Counted from the first letter of the stretch, positions 20,763 through 31,738 are shown. The stretch is DNA of 64,000 nucleotides from Methanotrichaceae archaeon (GCA_963813075.1 CAWEXU010000004.1:288001-352000); one strand, 5' to 3'. Notes: generated from the sequence alone by a model not told the origin. Program-made: numbers and translations.

Positions 20763-22187
20763 GTACGTGTTTAGCTCCCCCTTACTTTTTAAAATTTAGC
20801 CACCAAGCAGAAATAAATTAGACCGGAAAAATTAAGTAATATTATGGTAATATTCTTTTATTGATAATATGGACGAATCCGAGATTATCCGGCAACTTCG
20901 AGAGCAAAATGAGCTATTAAGGCTTGAGAATGAAATGCTCAAGGCCAGGATACGTGAGCTAGAAGCCCGATTAGCTAAATATGAGAATGCCCATACTCCG
21001 CCAAGCCTTCGACGTGGCCGCAATCTCAAAAGGGATAAGAACAACAAGGGAAAGCCCGGCCAAAAAGCCGGGCATAAGGGTGTAACCAGACCCTCAGCTA
21101 TCCCGGATAGCCAAGTTGAGGTTACAGCCGATCGATGTCCGGATTGCGGAGCAAAGCTTGCCCTTCCTTTTCGATTTGAGTCTAAGATTATCGAGGAAAT
21201 TCCCGAACCACAGCCTGTCACAGTCACTGAATACAAAATAGCCCATTACGTTTGTCCATGTTGTCGGAAAGAAGTGGTTGCATGCGATCCAAATTGCCCA
21301 CATGAAGGCAAATTCGGAAATAACGTTATTGCGCAGGCGACGCTGATGAGATACGAGGATAGGTTGCCTCACAGAAAGATTCAGGATGCTCTGAAGAGAA
21401 TGCATGGCCTGTTATTAAGCCCTGCCACGATATTTGATCTGACTCGTCGCGCTGGCGAAGCAGTTAGGCCGGAATACGATGCCATCTTGGAAAGGATTCG
21501 TGGTGCTCCGATTCTTTACGTAGATGAGACGGGGATTCATGTTCAGGGAGAAAAGCACTGGATCTGGACGTTTACTACTCCGTTTGAGACCTTTTTTGTC
21601 ATTCGAAAGAGTCGAGGAACGAATGTCCTGATAGAAGTCCTGACGCGGAAGTTCAAGGGTATAATTGTATGTGACGGATGGAAACCGTATACTAGATTCA
21701 CAAAAAGGTTGCAGCGATGTTGGGCGCATCTGCTTCGAGAATCAAAAGATCTTTCTGAGAAGTTTGATGAAGCAGTTCCTTTGCATGAAGCACTCAAAGA
21801 GCTATATGAATCGCTGACCAAGTCTCTAGAATGCGATCCTCCGCCAGAAGTGAGAATAAATATCTGGCAATCGGCGCGAGAAGTGCTACAGCATTGGATC
21901 GACAGAGAGTACTTGGAAGTGAAGGTCCAGAAATTCATCGGCAAAATCAGCAATGGCTTTGACTACTGGTTCACGTTCATTCTCAATCCTGGCGTGGAGC
22001 CGACCAATAATAGGGCAGAGAGAGCTTTGCGGCCACATGTTGTGCTAAGAAAAATCTTGGGAACTTTGAGAAATAGCAAGGGAACTGCTATTCATGAGCT
22101 AATCATGACGGCGCTGGCAACATGGGGACAGAGAGGATTGGATTGTCTCCAAATGCTAACCATAAGACTGGCCAGCTAAACACGTAC
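20763..22187 (+). mobile_element. Complete single-ORF IS66-family element
   Basis: Perfect terminal inverted repeats GTACGTGTTTAGCT (20763-20776) / AGCTAAACACGTAC (22174-22187); no clear target duplication. Confidence 0.92.
20869..22179 (+). CDS. IS66-family transposase
   Basis: Coiled coil, CPDC/CPCC Zn finger, YVDETG, VCDGW, QRCWAHLLRE, PTNNRAERALR. Confidence 0.95.
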   Translation: MDESEIIRQLREQNELLRLENEMLKARIRELEARLAKYENAHTPPSLRRGRNLKRDKNNKGKPGQKAGHKGVTRPSAIPDSQVEVTADRCPDCGAKLALPFRFESKIIEEIPEPQPVTVTEYKIAHYVCPCCRKEVVACDPNCPHEGKFGNNVIAQATLMRYEDRLPHRKIQDALKRMHGLLLSPATIFDLTRRAGEAVRPEYDAILERIRGAPILYVDETGIHVQGEKHWIWTFTTPFETFFVIRKSRGTNVLIEVLTRKFKGIIVCDGWKPYTRFTKRLQRCWAHLLRESKDLSEKFDEAVPLHEALKELYESLTKSLECDPPPEVRINIWQSAREVLQHWIDREYLEVKVQKFIGKISNGFDYWFTFILNPGVEPTNNRAERALRPHVVLRKILGTLRNSKGTAIHELIMTALATWGQRGLDCLQMLTIRLAS

Positions 22188-22208
22188 AAACCATTTGATT
22201 TAAGTAGA

Positions 22209-23048
22209 ATGAGCTTATTAAATGATGCAGGATATATCGATCAAACAGAGGTTCTAGCATTGAATGGAATTTGGAATACCGTCAAGAGGTCATTAGGATT
22301 GGCCGAAATATGTCATAGATTTCATCTTAATCCTCTTTATGTATTTTTATTAACAGTAATACTCTTAATGTCCATCGGGTTGCCTATTTCCCTAGGATAT
22401 TTGAAGATACCACTCCTTTTTTCAGTTTTTATCCGTGACGTTGGGTTAATATTATTAATACTAATGTTTTTAATCTATTTTCATAGGGATCCGGAAAGGG
22501 ATACAGTTACTAACAAAAACGCGATTTTATCTCCCGCAGATGGTGAAATTGTCTACATAAAAAAGATAAATAGAGGGGAAGTCCCTGTTTCGATAAAGGG
22601 AAAAAGCATAATTAAACTAGACCAGTTAACAAAATGTGGCGATTTTTTAGAAAGTAACGGGTATCTTATAGGTATCGGTATGAAGCTCTTTGACGTTCAT
22701 ATTAATCGATCTCCTATAGATGGTGTTGTAACGATGTCAAAACACAATCCAGGCAAATTCATAAGCATGACGAAAGGTGAATTTGAAATAATGAATGAGA
22801 GCCAAACAACAATACTAAAGCACAATAATGGCTACTCTATCGGTATTATCCAAATAGCAACTTTTTTAGTTAGAGGAATCGAAAGCTACTTGAATGAAGG
22901 AGATTCGATAAAACAAGGAGAACGCATAGGCAGAATTAAACTAGGATCTCAAGTAGATGTCGTCATACCTTTTACAGGGATAGATTTGAAGATCAAGCCC
23001 GGTGAGAGAGTTTATGCGGGCGAGACCCTTCTAGCAGAAATCACATAA
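22209..23048 (+). CDS. psd: Phosphatidylserine (archaetidylserine) decarboxylase proenzyme; start uncertain
   Basis: FHRDPER, ILSPADG, DVHINRSPIDG, KLGSQVD self-cleavage motif. Confidence 0.85.
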   Translation: MSLLNDAGYIDQTEVLALNGIWNTVKRSLGLAEICHRFHLNPLYVFLLTVILLMSIGLPISLGYLKIPLLFSVFIRDVGLILLILMFLIYFHRDPERDTVTNKNAILSPADGEIVYIKKINRGEVPVSIKGKSIIKLDQLTKCGDFLESNGYLIGIGMKLFDVHINRSPIDGVVTMSKHNPGKFISMTKGEFEIMNESQTTILKHNNGYSIGIIQIATFLVRGIESYLNEGDSIKQGERIGRIKLGSQVDVVIPFTGIDLKIKPGERVYAGETLLAEIT

Positions 23049-23104
23049 AAAGGTGTTGAAAAAGTCGGGTCGTGGTTCAATTATCGGTCGTTATAGCCTC
23101 GATT

Positions 23105-23185
23105 CGTGGGAGAATCATGGCGCAGCTAGCAACATGGAGACAGCCTGCAAATGCTAACGGCGATGTTAGCCTGCTAAACACATGC
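23105..23185 (+). mobile_element. Short degenerate IS66 right-end remnant
   Basis: atcatgg..gcaacatgg..caaatgctaac..gctaaacacatgc matches 22100-22187 with an internal gap. Confidence 0.7.
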
Positions 23186-23223
23186 TACAACTTTAATAAA
23201 TAAGCCATATATCTATATTTTCG

Positions 23224-24393
23224 GTGATACTAATGAAAGTTGCATATTTTGTTCCATACAACTGGGGTGGGATGATCCACTATACAGCAGGGCTGGCAAA
23301 CGCTGTTTCACAATATGCAGAAGTATTGGTTTTTGGAAGCAAAAGTATTCCGAAAAACTATTTTTCAGAAAAAATTGAAATAGTAAATGTATTTGGCGAT
23401 TTGGATGTCTCTGTATCCAATCTGAGAACTCTCCTTGCCGTTAAGAATTTGAGATCACTTTGCTCTTTTGGCAAGATTGGAATAATAGATAAATACCATC
23501 CTGATTTGATTCATTTTACCACTCCACTTGTTCCACCAATCCCTTTTTTTATATTATCAAATAGGCTAGATAGAAAATATCCTACGATATTTACAGCACA
23601 TACCATACATCAGGATGATAGATCTATTATAGAACTTATTAACAGGTTTGATTGCTGGATAATTAAGTTGATCCACAATAAGAAAATGATTGCCCACACT
23701 CAATGCGATAAGGATGAACTGGTGAGGACAAAGATATTTCCCGAAAAAGATATTGAGATAATTCCGCACGGTGCATACGATTTATTTAATAAATACAATC
23801 ATGATGCAAGTTCTCTTCTGAGTTCATTTAGTGAAAGATGCATCATTTTTTTTGGTTACATTAAAAAATATAAAGGATTGGAGTATCTGATTCGTGCTAC
23901 TCCATATATATATAAGGAGATTCCAGATATAAAAGTTATCATCGCAGGTGAAGGTGATTTCTCTGTATACAATGATATTATAAATGGATTTGATGAATCT
24001 ACTCGTAATATTTTTGAGATTCATAATAGGTTTTTGTCCGATTCTGATGTATCTTCGTTGTTTCAACGGTCATCTGTTGTCGTATTGCCGTATTCTCAAA
24101 TGACAGGTCAAAGTGGAGTAATAAGTATTGCTTTTTCCTTTGGCAAGCCTATTGTAGCATCGAACGTATGGGCTTTTCATGAATGCTTGGAAGATGGCAT
24201 TACCGGATACCTTGTGCCGCCAAAAAATCCGGAGGCTCTCGCTAAGGCCATCATAAAAATACTCATGGATGATGATTTAAGGGCTGCAATGGGTATCAAT
24301 GCATATAATAAATCCAAAGAATTGTCATGGGACAATATAGCAAAAAAACATATTAAGGTGTACGAAAATGTTTTGGCTGATTCGATCCCCTAA
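23224..24393 (+). CDS. Glycosyltransferase family 4
   Basis: FFGYIKKYKGLEYL, VVLPY..QSGV, GYLVPPKNPEALA. Confidence 0.93.
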   Translation: MILMKVAYFVPYNWGGMIHYTAGLANAVSQYAEVLVFGSKSIPKNYFSEKIEIVNVFGDLDVSVSNLRTLLAVKNLRSLCSFGKIGIIDKYHPDLIHFTTPLVPPIPFFILSNRLDRKYPTIFTAHTIHQDDRSIIELINRFDCWIIKLIHNKKMIAHTQCDKDELVRTKIFPEKDIEIIPHGAYDLFNKYNHDASSLLSSFSERCIIFFGYIKKYKGLEYLIRATPYIYKEIPDIKVIIAGEGDFSVYNDIINGFDESTRNIFEIHNRFLSDSDVSSLFQRSSVVVLPYSQMTGQSGVISIAFSFGKPIVASNVWAFHECLEDGITGYLVPPKNPEALAKAIIKILMDDDLRAAMGINAYNKSKELSWDNIAKKHIKVYENVLADSIP

Positions 24394-24407
24394 GTCGCTG
24401 ACGTGAA

Positions 24408-25118
24408 ATCAAACTGCGTGCGGCCACCCCACCCTAAAGGATGGGGTATGCTTCGGGCCGCACGCCCTCACGCCCGGTTTTATGGAATCCAGAAATCGTC
24501 AAGTCTTCGCTGCCCAGATCCACATGACTGAATCTCTGCTTTCGGTTGCCCCTGAGATATCCTCAATATAGTGCTTGATTGTATCCGCAGTCACATTTCC
24601 TACAGATCGAAAGAACTTGCCACTTGACCATAGGCTTCCACCCCAATAGCGTTTCTTCAATTCAGGATGAAGCTTGAACAACCTATTCGAGCTGCCTCCT
24701 TTCAAATATTGAACGACTTTTGATAGGGAAGTGCTTGGGTGGAATTCCAAGAACAAGTGAACATGATCTGCCACAATTTCTATAGCATGAATTTTATATC
24801 CTTGCTCCATGCAAATATCTTTGAGGATCAACTCGCAATCCTTTTTAACTCGCCTATCATAGAATATTTTGTATCGATACTTGGGCACCAACACGATGTG
24901 GTAGGTGATTTGACCATAGCCATGGCTGAAGCTGCGCAATTCCAAGCTTATCACATCCTAGCCATAGGTGGGTGGCACCACCTGTGGCTAAGGTGCCAAG
25001 TATAAACTCATCCTAAAAGAAGTGATGTTTAATCAATTTTGGTGAGCACAAAGAATGGGCGAGGGTTCACTTCATCCCCACCCTAAAGGATGGGGAATCC
25101 GTGACCCTCCGCACTCCC
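24408..25118 (-). mobile_element. IS200-type element (tnpA only)
   Basis: Identical subterminal hairpins CCCCACCCTAAAGGATGGGG at ~24427 and ~25076 flank tnpA. Confidence 0.88.
24499..24954 (-). CDS. tnpA: IS200/IS605 Y1 (HUH) transposase; probable frameshift near 24560, corrected end 24480
   Basis: YHIVLVPKYR, DHVHLF (HUH), LWSSGKFFRSVG, IKHYIE. Confidence 0.92.
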   Translation of the reverse strand: MISLELRSFSHGYGQITYHIVLVPKYRYKIFYDRRVKKDCELILKDICMEQGYKIHAIEIVADHVHLFLEFHPSTSLSKVVQYLKGGSSNRLFKLHPELKKRYWGGSLWSSGKFFRSVGNVTADTIKHYIEDISGATESRDSVMWIWAAKT

Positions 25119-25154
25119 TATGTATTTAAAGATAAGAAAACGGAAGTACATGCT

Positions 25155-26303
25155 ATGAAGAAAATTCAAAATAAAAGATGCAATCTGGGTCTAATAACAT
25201 CTCCTTTCCTTCTGGCTGCAGGGGTAACTCCTGTTTCAAATCTTATCGACATATTGGCTTCATTTTCTGAGGAGCTGATAATTCTAACTGGAAATGCTGG
25301 GTGTGACATTCCATTGAGGAATGGTATTAATATTCATTTATTCACCCCGAAATGCAAAAATAATGGTCTCTTGAGATATTTAAAATTTATTTATGCTACT
25401 CTTTTGATTCAACTACAAATATTCAAATTGAGGAAAGATGTAGATGTGTGGTTCTTTTTCCTTGGTGAGACCGTTTTATCAATCCCAATGCTTACTGCTA
25501 GATTCCTAAAAAAAGATGTGATACTGGTATCCTCCGGTTCCATGAAAAATTACAAAGATCGCAGTCAAAAAGATATGAAAGCTTATATAATTAAGAGATT
25601 GATTGGATTCAATCTATATCTAGCAAATAGAGTAATACTCTATTCTGAAGACCTGATTGATTTGCAGGAATTTGGGAGATACAGGCAAAAATTAATAATT
25701 ACTTGTGAACATTTCATAAAATTTAATGAGTTTGGAATAGATAAACAAATTGCGGAGCGAAACAAAAAGGTGGGTTACATTGGTCGCTTAAGCGAGGAAA
25801 AGGGCATACTAAATTTTGTCAATGCATTATGTCCATTATTAGATAATAGCTCTGATCTTAAAGTCGTAATATGTGGAGACGGCGATTTAATGCCTGAAGT
25901 TGAAAATTATGTTCTTGATCATGACTTGAGCAGCAAGGTCGAATTATCAGGATGGGTTCCCCATTCTCAACTGAGAAATTATTTTAATGATTTAAAATTA
26001 TTAATAATACCCTCATTTACCGAAGGCTTACCGAATGTAATGCTAGAAGCCATGGCATGCGGAACACCTGTTTTAGCGACATCTGTTGGAGTCATATCTG
26101 ATATAATTACGCATAATGAAACTGGGTTTATTTTAGAAACCAATTCTCCAAATTGTATTGCAAAAACTGCTAGAAGCATATTAAACATAAACGATAAGGA
26201 GCTAGAAATAATAGTTCGAAATGCGAGAATACTCGTTGAAAGCGAGTATTCCTATGATGCTGCTGTAAAAAGATTTGAGAGAATACTGAATCGATCAAAT
26301 TAA
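25155..26303 (+). CDS. Glycosyltransferase family 4
   Basis: GYIGRLSEEKG, PSFTEGLPNVMLEAMACGTPV; the track start at 25101 lies inside the IS end, so ATG 25155 was preferred. Confidence 0.92.
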   Translation: MKKIQNKRCNLGLITSPFLLAAGVTPVSNLIDILASFSEELIILTGNAGCDIPLRNGINIHLFTPKCKNNGLLRYLKFIYATLLIQLQIFKLRKDVDVWFFFLGETVLSIPMLTARFLKKDVILVSSGSMKNYKDRSQKDMKAYIIKRLIGFNLYLANRVILYSEDLIDLQEFGRYRQKLIITCEHFIKFNEFGIDKQIAERNKKVGYIGRLSEEKGILNFVNALCPLLDNSSDLKVVICGDGDLMPEVENYVLDHDLSSKVELSGWVPHSQLRNYFNDLKLLIIPSFTEGLPNVMLEAMACGTPVLATSVGVISDIITHNETGFILETNSPNCIAKTARSILNINDKELEIIVRNARILVESEYSYDAAVKRFERILNRSN

Positions 26304-26377
26304 GAACATGCTCTATAGAGTTGCCTATTTGCCCAGAAATATAATTATAAATAGAGATTGTTAATATATTACTCAAT

Positions 26378-26800
26378 GTGGGAGAAATTATACAAAAGGA
26401 TCTTGTCACCCTTGACGTGGATAAGATCAACTTTGAAGACAAAGATTCTGTAAAGTCCATCACAATCACTCTGCTCAACGTAGTAGAACAATTGCTTCAA
26501 GAGAACTGGCAACTTCGAGCAGAAGTCCAGCAATTAAGAGATGAGAACGCCCGATTGAAAGGAGAAGGGCAAGCCGAAAATCGCACCAAACGTTCCACCA
26601 CTTGATCCAAAACTCCCATCCCCAGAGACATCCAAAAAGTGGTCGAAGGACGAAGAAGCCCAAGATCAAGATCGATCGAGTGGTCTTGTTAAAGATAAAT
26701 CCCGATACGTTGCCGCTAGATGTCGTTCACAAAGGGGTACAGCTCCATTATTATCCAAAACATAAGGCTGAAAACTGATAACGTTGAAATTTGGGTGTGA
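26378..26800 (+). pseudogene. N-terminal transposase remnant (IS66-like coiled coil), frameshifted
   Basis: LLNVVEQLLQEN..LRDENARLKGE, then GKPKIAPN in the next frame. Confidence 0.55.
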
Positions 26801-26821
26801 TCTGAAGGCATTTGCTGCTGA

Positions 26822-27314
26822 GCTTTATCGATAATATGGACGAATCCGACATAATCCGGCAACTTCGAGAGCAAAATGAGCTATTAAGGCATGAGAATGA
26901 AATGCTGAAGGCCAGGATCCGTGATCTAGAAGGTCGATTAGCTAAATATGAGAATGCCATTACTCCGCCAAGCCTTCGACGTGGCCGCAATCTCAAAAAG
27001 GATAAGAACAATAAGGGAAAGCCTGGCCAAAAGGTCGGGCATAAGGGTGTGACCAGATCGTTAGCTATTCCGGATAGTCAAGTTGAGGTTACAGCCGATC
27101 AATGTCCGGATTGCGGAGCAAAGCTTAACCCTCCGTTTCGATTTGAGTCTAAGGTTATCGAGGAAATTCCCAGACCCCAGCTGGTCATAGTCACTGAATA
27201 CAAAATAACCCATTACGTATGTCCATGCTGCCGAAAAGAAGTCGTTGCGTGCGATGAAAGTTGCCCGGATGAAGGCAAATTCGGAACTGCAAGACCAGCC
27301 AGCTAAACACACAC
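26822..27314 (+). mobile_element. Internally deleted copy of the IS66 element
   Basis: About 150 codons nearly identical to 20869 onward, joined directly to right end agctaaacacacac. Confidence 0.9.
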
Positions 27315-27371
27315 AAAATTTTTAATTCTATACAACTACCTTATGCAAGAAGATAATATGGACTTGAAATA

Positions 27372-28925
27372 TTGTCAAAAGATGCAGGCATTTCAAAGGA
27401 TTTTGCAGGTCAACTTCCCAGGAATCTTCTTTCTACTATCATTTATTTTTCAGCGAACATTGTCATAGCCATCCTCTTGATTCCCTACTTTGTTTCGAAC
27501 CTTGGAGTCGCAGCCTACGGGCTCATCCCGCTCGCGACCTCGATGACCGGATATGTGGCTGTCGTCGTCCAATCGCTGAACACGACACTCTCCAGGTTCC
27601 TCACGGTTGACCTCCAAAGGAAGGACTATGCTGCAGCGAACAGGACTTTCAACACAGCTCTCTTCGGGCTAACTGCTGTCATCCTCCTGATGGTTCCTGT
27701 CATTCTTGTGGTCGCCTATTTTATCCCTTCCATCTTTCACGTCCCTGCCGGGCAGGAGAGCGGTGCAATCATTCTTTTCCTTGGAGTCTGTGCCTCCTTC
27801 CTGGTCTGCTCGTGGGCAGGGAGCTTCACAGTCCAGCTATTTGCCTATAACCGTCTTGACCTCCAGAACCTCGTCAACCTCATAAACCTCCTCGTCCAGA
27901 CTGGGATGATCGTCCTCCTCTTCATGCTCTTCGGTCCCGACCTTGTCCTCATCGGGTGTGCATATTTGGCTGGGGCGGTTGTAGCATCATGGGCCTCGAT
28001 CACCCTTGCCCGGCGGGTCTGCCCCTATCTCAGCATCTCGATTCGCTCCTTTAGCCGCACCATGGTAAAAGACATCTGCGGGATGGGATGGTGGGTTGCA
28101 ATCAACCAGATCGGCGCCCTTCTTTTCCTGTCGATAGACCTCATAGCGGTCAATCTGCTTTTCGGAGCGACATCCGCAGGGAACTATTCGATTGCCCTCC
28201 AGTGGGGCTTTCTCCTCCGGGCAGTCGGAGGGCTGCTTTCAGGCCTCCTGACGCCTACGATTCTCTCTTGTTACGCTCATGAACAGACCGAATCCTTAAT
28301 ACAGGTGATGAAGAGCGCCGTCAAACTGATGGGGTTTGCAATGGCTCTTCCTATCGGTCTTGTATGCGGTTTTGCTCCGCAATTCCTCACTGTATGGGTC
28401 GGTTCAGAGTTCACCAAACTTGCTCCCCTTGTGGTTCTCCTGACTGCAAGTTTATCAGTAAATCTAGCAGTCTTGCCTCTATTCTCGATCAATGTGGCGT
28501 ATAATCGAGTGCGAGTGCCGGGCGTTGTTACGCTCGTGATGGGGGTATTGAATATTGCCCTTGCGGTTGCCCTGTCGCTCCTGACCGACTGGGGCTACTA
28601 TGGCGTTGCTGCTGCGGGTGCCATTATCCTCACAACAAAAAATGCATTCTTCACACCCTGGTATGCGACGAAGGTACTCGGGGTCGATATTCATACCTTC
28701 ATCCGGCCGATGCTTTCCGGGGTTGCAGCTACGATTCTCGTCGGCATCTCTGCAGTAACCCTTGAAGCCATCTTCCGGCTTTCTACCCCGGCCATGCTCG
28801 TAGTTGCCAACGTATCCCTTACCATCGTATACGTTGCAATGACGTGGTCATTCGGCCTCAGCGGGTTTGAGCGCGGGCTCTTCAAATCCTATCTTCCCTC
28901 AGAGCTCAGAAGAATCATCGCCTGA
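27372..28925 (+). CDS. Oligosaccharide flippase (Wzx/MOP family)
   Basis: Many TM helices, LIPYFVSNLGVAAYGL, IDLIAVNLLFGATSAGNYSIA. Confidence 0.88.
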   Translation: MSKDAGISKDFAGQLPRNLLSTIIYFSANIVIAILLIPYFVSNLGVAAYGLIPLATSMTGYVAVVVQSLNTTLSRFLTVDLQRKDYAAANRTFNTALFGLTAVILLMVPVILVVAYFIPSIFHVPAGQESGAIILFLGVCASFLVCSWAGSFTVQLFAYNRLDLQNLVNLINLLVQTGMIVLLFMLFGPDLVLIGCAYLAGAVVASWASITLARRVCPYLSISIRSFSRTMVKDICGMGWWVAINQIGALLFLSIDLIAVNLLFGATSAGNYSIALQWGFLLRAVGGLLSGLLTPTILSCYAHEQTESLIQVMKSAVKLMGFAMALPIGLVCGFAPQFLTVWVGSEFTKLAPLVVLLTASLSVNLAVLPLFSINVAYNRVRVPGVVTLVMGVLNIALAVALSLLTDWGYYGVAAAGAIILTTKNAFFTPWYATKVLGVDIHTFIRPMLSGVAATILVGISAVTLEAIFRLSTPAMLVVANVSLTIVYVAMTWSFGLSGFERGLFKSYLPSELRRIIA

Positions 28926-28982
28926 AAGCATCTGCAATTGCAGACGTCTTCCGGTATGACCTCTGCATCAGCTAGCGTAGTG

Positions 28983-30228
28983 TAGCAGTTCCTAATTAAC
29001 ATATCAATACCCCGTCGTCCTTATCGACAACAATCCCTCCCGCCATTTTATCCATTTTGTACTTCCATTTAAATATTGTTGGAGTTTCATTCATGTCGTC
29101 TATGTATTGACTCATGCGATCCTTCAACTCTTTTTTGGATGATACACGAATCCCCCTCAGCATGCTTCGAGTCATTTTGCTGAATAGGCTCTCGATTATA
29201 TTTAGCCATGAGGCATGTTTTGGTGTAAAGACAAAATGAAAGCGTTGCGGAACTGTTTTGAGATAGCTCTTAGTTTCCTTTGAGGTATGTACACTAACAT
29301 TGTCGAGAATAATAATTATTTTTATATCTTTTGGATAGGCTGAATCGACACATTTTAAGAATTCAACGAACTCCTTACTTCTATGCCTATCGAATATCCT
29401 ATAATGAACTGTGCCTGTCAAAAGATCAATTCCTGCGAGCAGAGATACTGTGCCATGCCTTATATATTCATAATCGCGGGAAAGCGTGGCATATTTGCCT
29501 AATGCAGGCATTAAATCCAAATATTTATTTTCAATAGCTTGGATTCCCGGCTTCTCATCATATGAAATGATAACCATATCGAGCGGCTTATTTTCTTTAG
29601 ACATCTGTTGGAGCAATTCCACCTGCTTATAGGTATGTAGTACAACAACGCTTTTTGACTCAAATTCGGGATCGATTGGAGCAAGGTATGACGAAATTTT
29701 ATGGGGCTTAACGTTGCTCGCGCCAAGTATTTTAGAGACTGTGCCACGAGATAACTTTGATAATTCTGGAAAACCATTATCCAAACAATGATTCCTGATA
29801 TGTTCTGCTAATAAACGTTGTGTCCATAATTCGTATGGATATCCGTGGTCCAATGGTTTTGAGCAAGCAAGAGACAGAATCCATGTTCTTGCGCCTGATG
29901 ATATTTTTCGCGGTCTGCCGCTTCTTGGTAGATCTTCCAATGCGGCATAAATTCCATAAGCAAAGGCCTTGTCAATCGTACGCTCAACTTTGGGCCTATT
30001 GGTGCCTAAGTCTCGCGCAATTTGCGAAATTGATTTGCGCTCATAGTATTCAAGAAGGATCTTAGCACGCTCAACTGCACTTTCCGGTAGCGTTCTTGAC
30101 TTACTAGCTCTATTAACGTACTCAAGATCTTCTTCAGTTAACTGCAAAGCAGGGCGAGCACTCACAAATGGCATGATATCAGATTGGGGTCCTGGTATTA
30201 AAATATTGCTATGTTATTTTGGAAGCTA
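28983..30228 (-). mobile_element. IS630-family element
   Basis: Imperfect inverted ends tagcagttcctaattaacata / tatgttattttggaagcta around the transposase. Confidence 0.75.
28996..30174 (-). CDS. IS630-family transposase
   Basis: DLPRSGRP, SYDEKPGIQA, EYIRHGT, ILDNVSVH, TPKHASWLNIIE. Confidence 0.94.
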   Translation of the reverse strand: MPFVSARPALQLTEEDLEYVNRASKSRTLPESAVERAKILLEYYERKSISQIARDLGTNRPKVERTIDKAFAYGIYAALEDLPRSGRPRKISSGARTWILSLACSKPLDHGYPYELWTQRLLAEHIRNHCLDNGFPELSKLSRGTVSKILGASNVKPHKISSYLAPIDPEFESKSVVVLHTYKQVELLQQMSKENKPLDMVIISYDEKPGIQAIENKYLDLMPALGKYATLSRDYEYIRHGTVSLLAGIDLLTGTVHYRIFDRHRSKEFVEFLKCVDSAYPKDIKIIIILDNVSVHTSKETKSYLKTVPQRFHFVFTPKHASWLNIIESLFSKMTRSMLRGIRVSSKKELKDRMSQYIDDMNETPTIFKWKYKMDKMAGGIVVDKDDGVLIC

Positions 30229-30431
30229 AGCAGTAGTGGTCTATGAGTCTCCCTCTTGTCAGCAGGAAGCACTTGGGAAAGTATAGGTATTGCGATCTAA
30301 CTACTTTTAGTGGCTATCTTAATGGAAATGTCGCCGAATAAGTCATATTTGTATCTTCCATCGCCAATCCAGAGAGGCTTCCTTCAATCGATCAATATAT
30401 ATATGAATACGCGTATTTTGAGATTTGAGAA

Positions 30432-31731
30432 TATGAACGAGGATACGATTATCCAAGTTGTAAAAAACGAACTATGTACAGGATGCGGAACTTGTATTGC
30501 AGCATGCCCTAAAGAAGCTATCAAGCTTACATTAAATAAAAAAAAGGGAATTTACGTTCCAGAATTAGACGAATATAAATGCAGCAAATGCGGCCTATGT
30601 TATACGATTTGCCCAGGACGCGCAATCAATCTAAAGGAGCTAAACCTAGAAGTATTTGGAAAAGAGCCAGAAGATGGTCTAATAGGGAATTATTTTGGCA
30701 TATATCTCGGTCATTCGACCGATCGTATCATTCGGTATAATTCATCTTCTGGAGGTCTAATCACTCAAATTCTGGTATTCGCTCTGGAAGAAGGAATAAT
30801 AAATGGTGCCCTTGTAACCAGGATGAAAAAAGATAATCCTTTAGAGCCGGAGCCATTTATTGCACGAACAAAAGAAGAAATAATTGAAGCATCTAAGTCT
30901 AAATACTGCCCAGTTCCTGCAAATATTGCATTAAAGGAAATTATGTGCTCCAAAATTGGAAATAAGTTTGCAGTGGTCGGTTTGCCATGCCATATTCAAG
31001 GAATCAGAAAATTGGAGCAAATAAACAGAAAATTTAAAGAGAAAATTGTTTTGCATATAGGAATTGTCTGTAACCACGTTCCAACCTTCCTTGCGACAGA
31101 ATATTTGATGAAAATGAATAGAATAAAGTATGAAGAGATTCAAAACATTGACTACCGAGGAAATGGATGGCCTGGTGAAATGCAGATTACAAAAAAATTG
31201 GGAGATAAAATTTTAATTCCATATTTTTCAAGAGACTATTGGGGAGGTCTATTTAGCTCATTTTTCTATCCATCACGTTGTCTTATATGCAACGATAAGA
31301 TGTGTCAATTGTCAGATGCCTCATTTGCAGATGCCTGGATGCCGGAATTAATGAAAAATGATGATAAGGGAACTTCATTGATCATCTCCCGAACTCTAAA
31401 ATTTGACGATCTCTTGGGAAAAATGATGTTAAATAAATTAATAAAAATAAAAAAATCTGACAAAAAAATTCTTTATCAATCGCAGGGACTATATCAAGTA
31501 AAAAAACGATTGGATGCTCGCATAAAAATATTTAAATTATTGAAAAAAGATGTCCCTGAATATAGTCGAGATATATCTAACTATGATATATATGGATGTA
31601 TTTGTGCCTTTAAGTTCTATATATTAAATTTATATTTTTCAAATAGACATTATTGGGCTGGCATCGATTTATATCGAAATTTCTTAAAAGGATGTGCTTA
31701 TATCATGACTAAATTGACAAAAAAAAGATAA
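30432..31731 (+). CDS. F420 hydrogenase/dehydrogenase beta-subunit (FrhB) family protein with N-terminal 2x[4Fe-4S] domain; start approximate
   Basis: CTGCGTCIAACP, CSKCGLCYTICP, SSSGGLIT, SKYCP, VGLPCHI, YRGNGWPG, ADAW. Confidence 0.88.
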
Positions 31732-31738
31732 TGACTAT

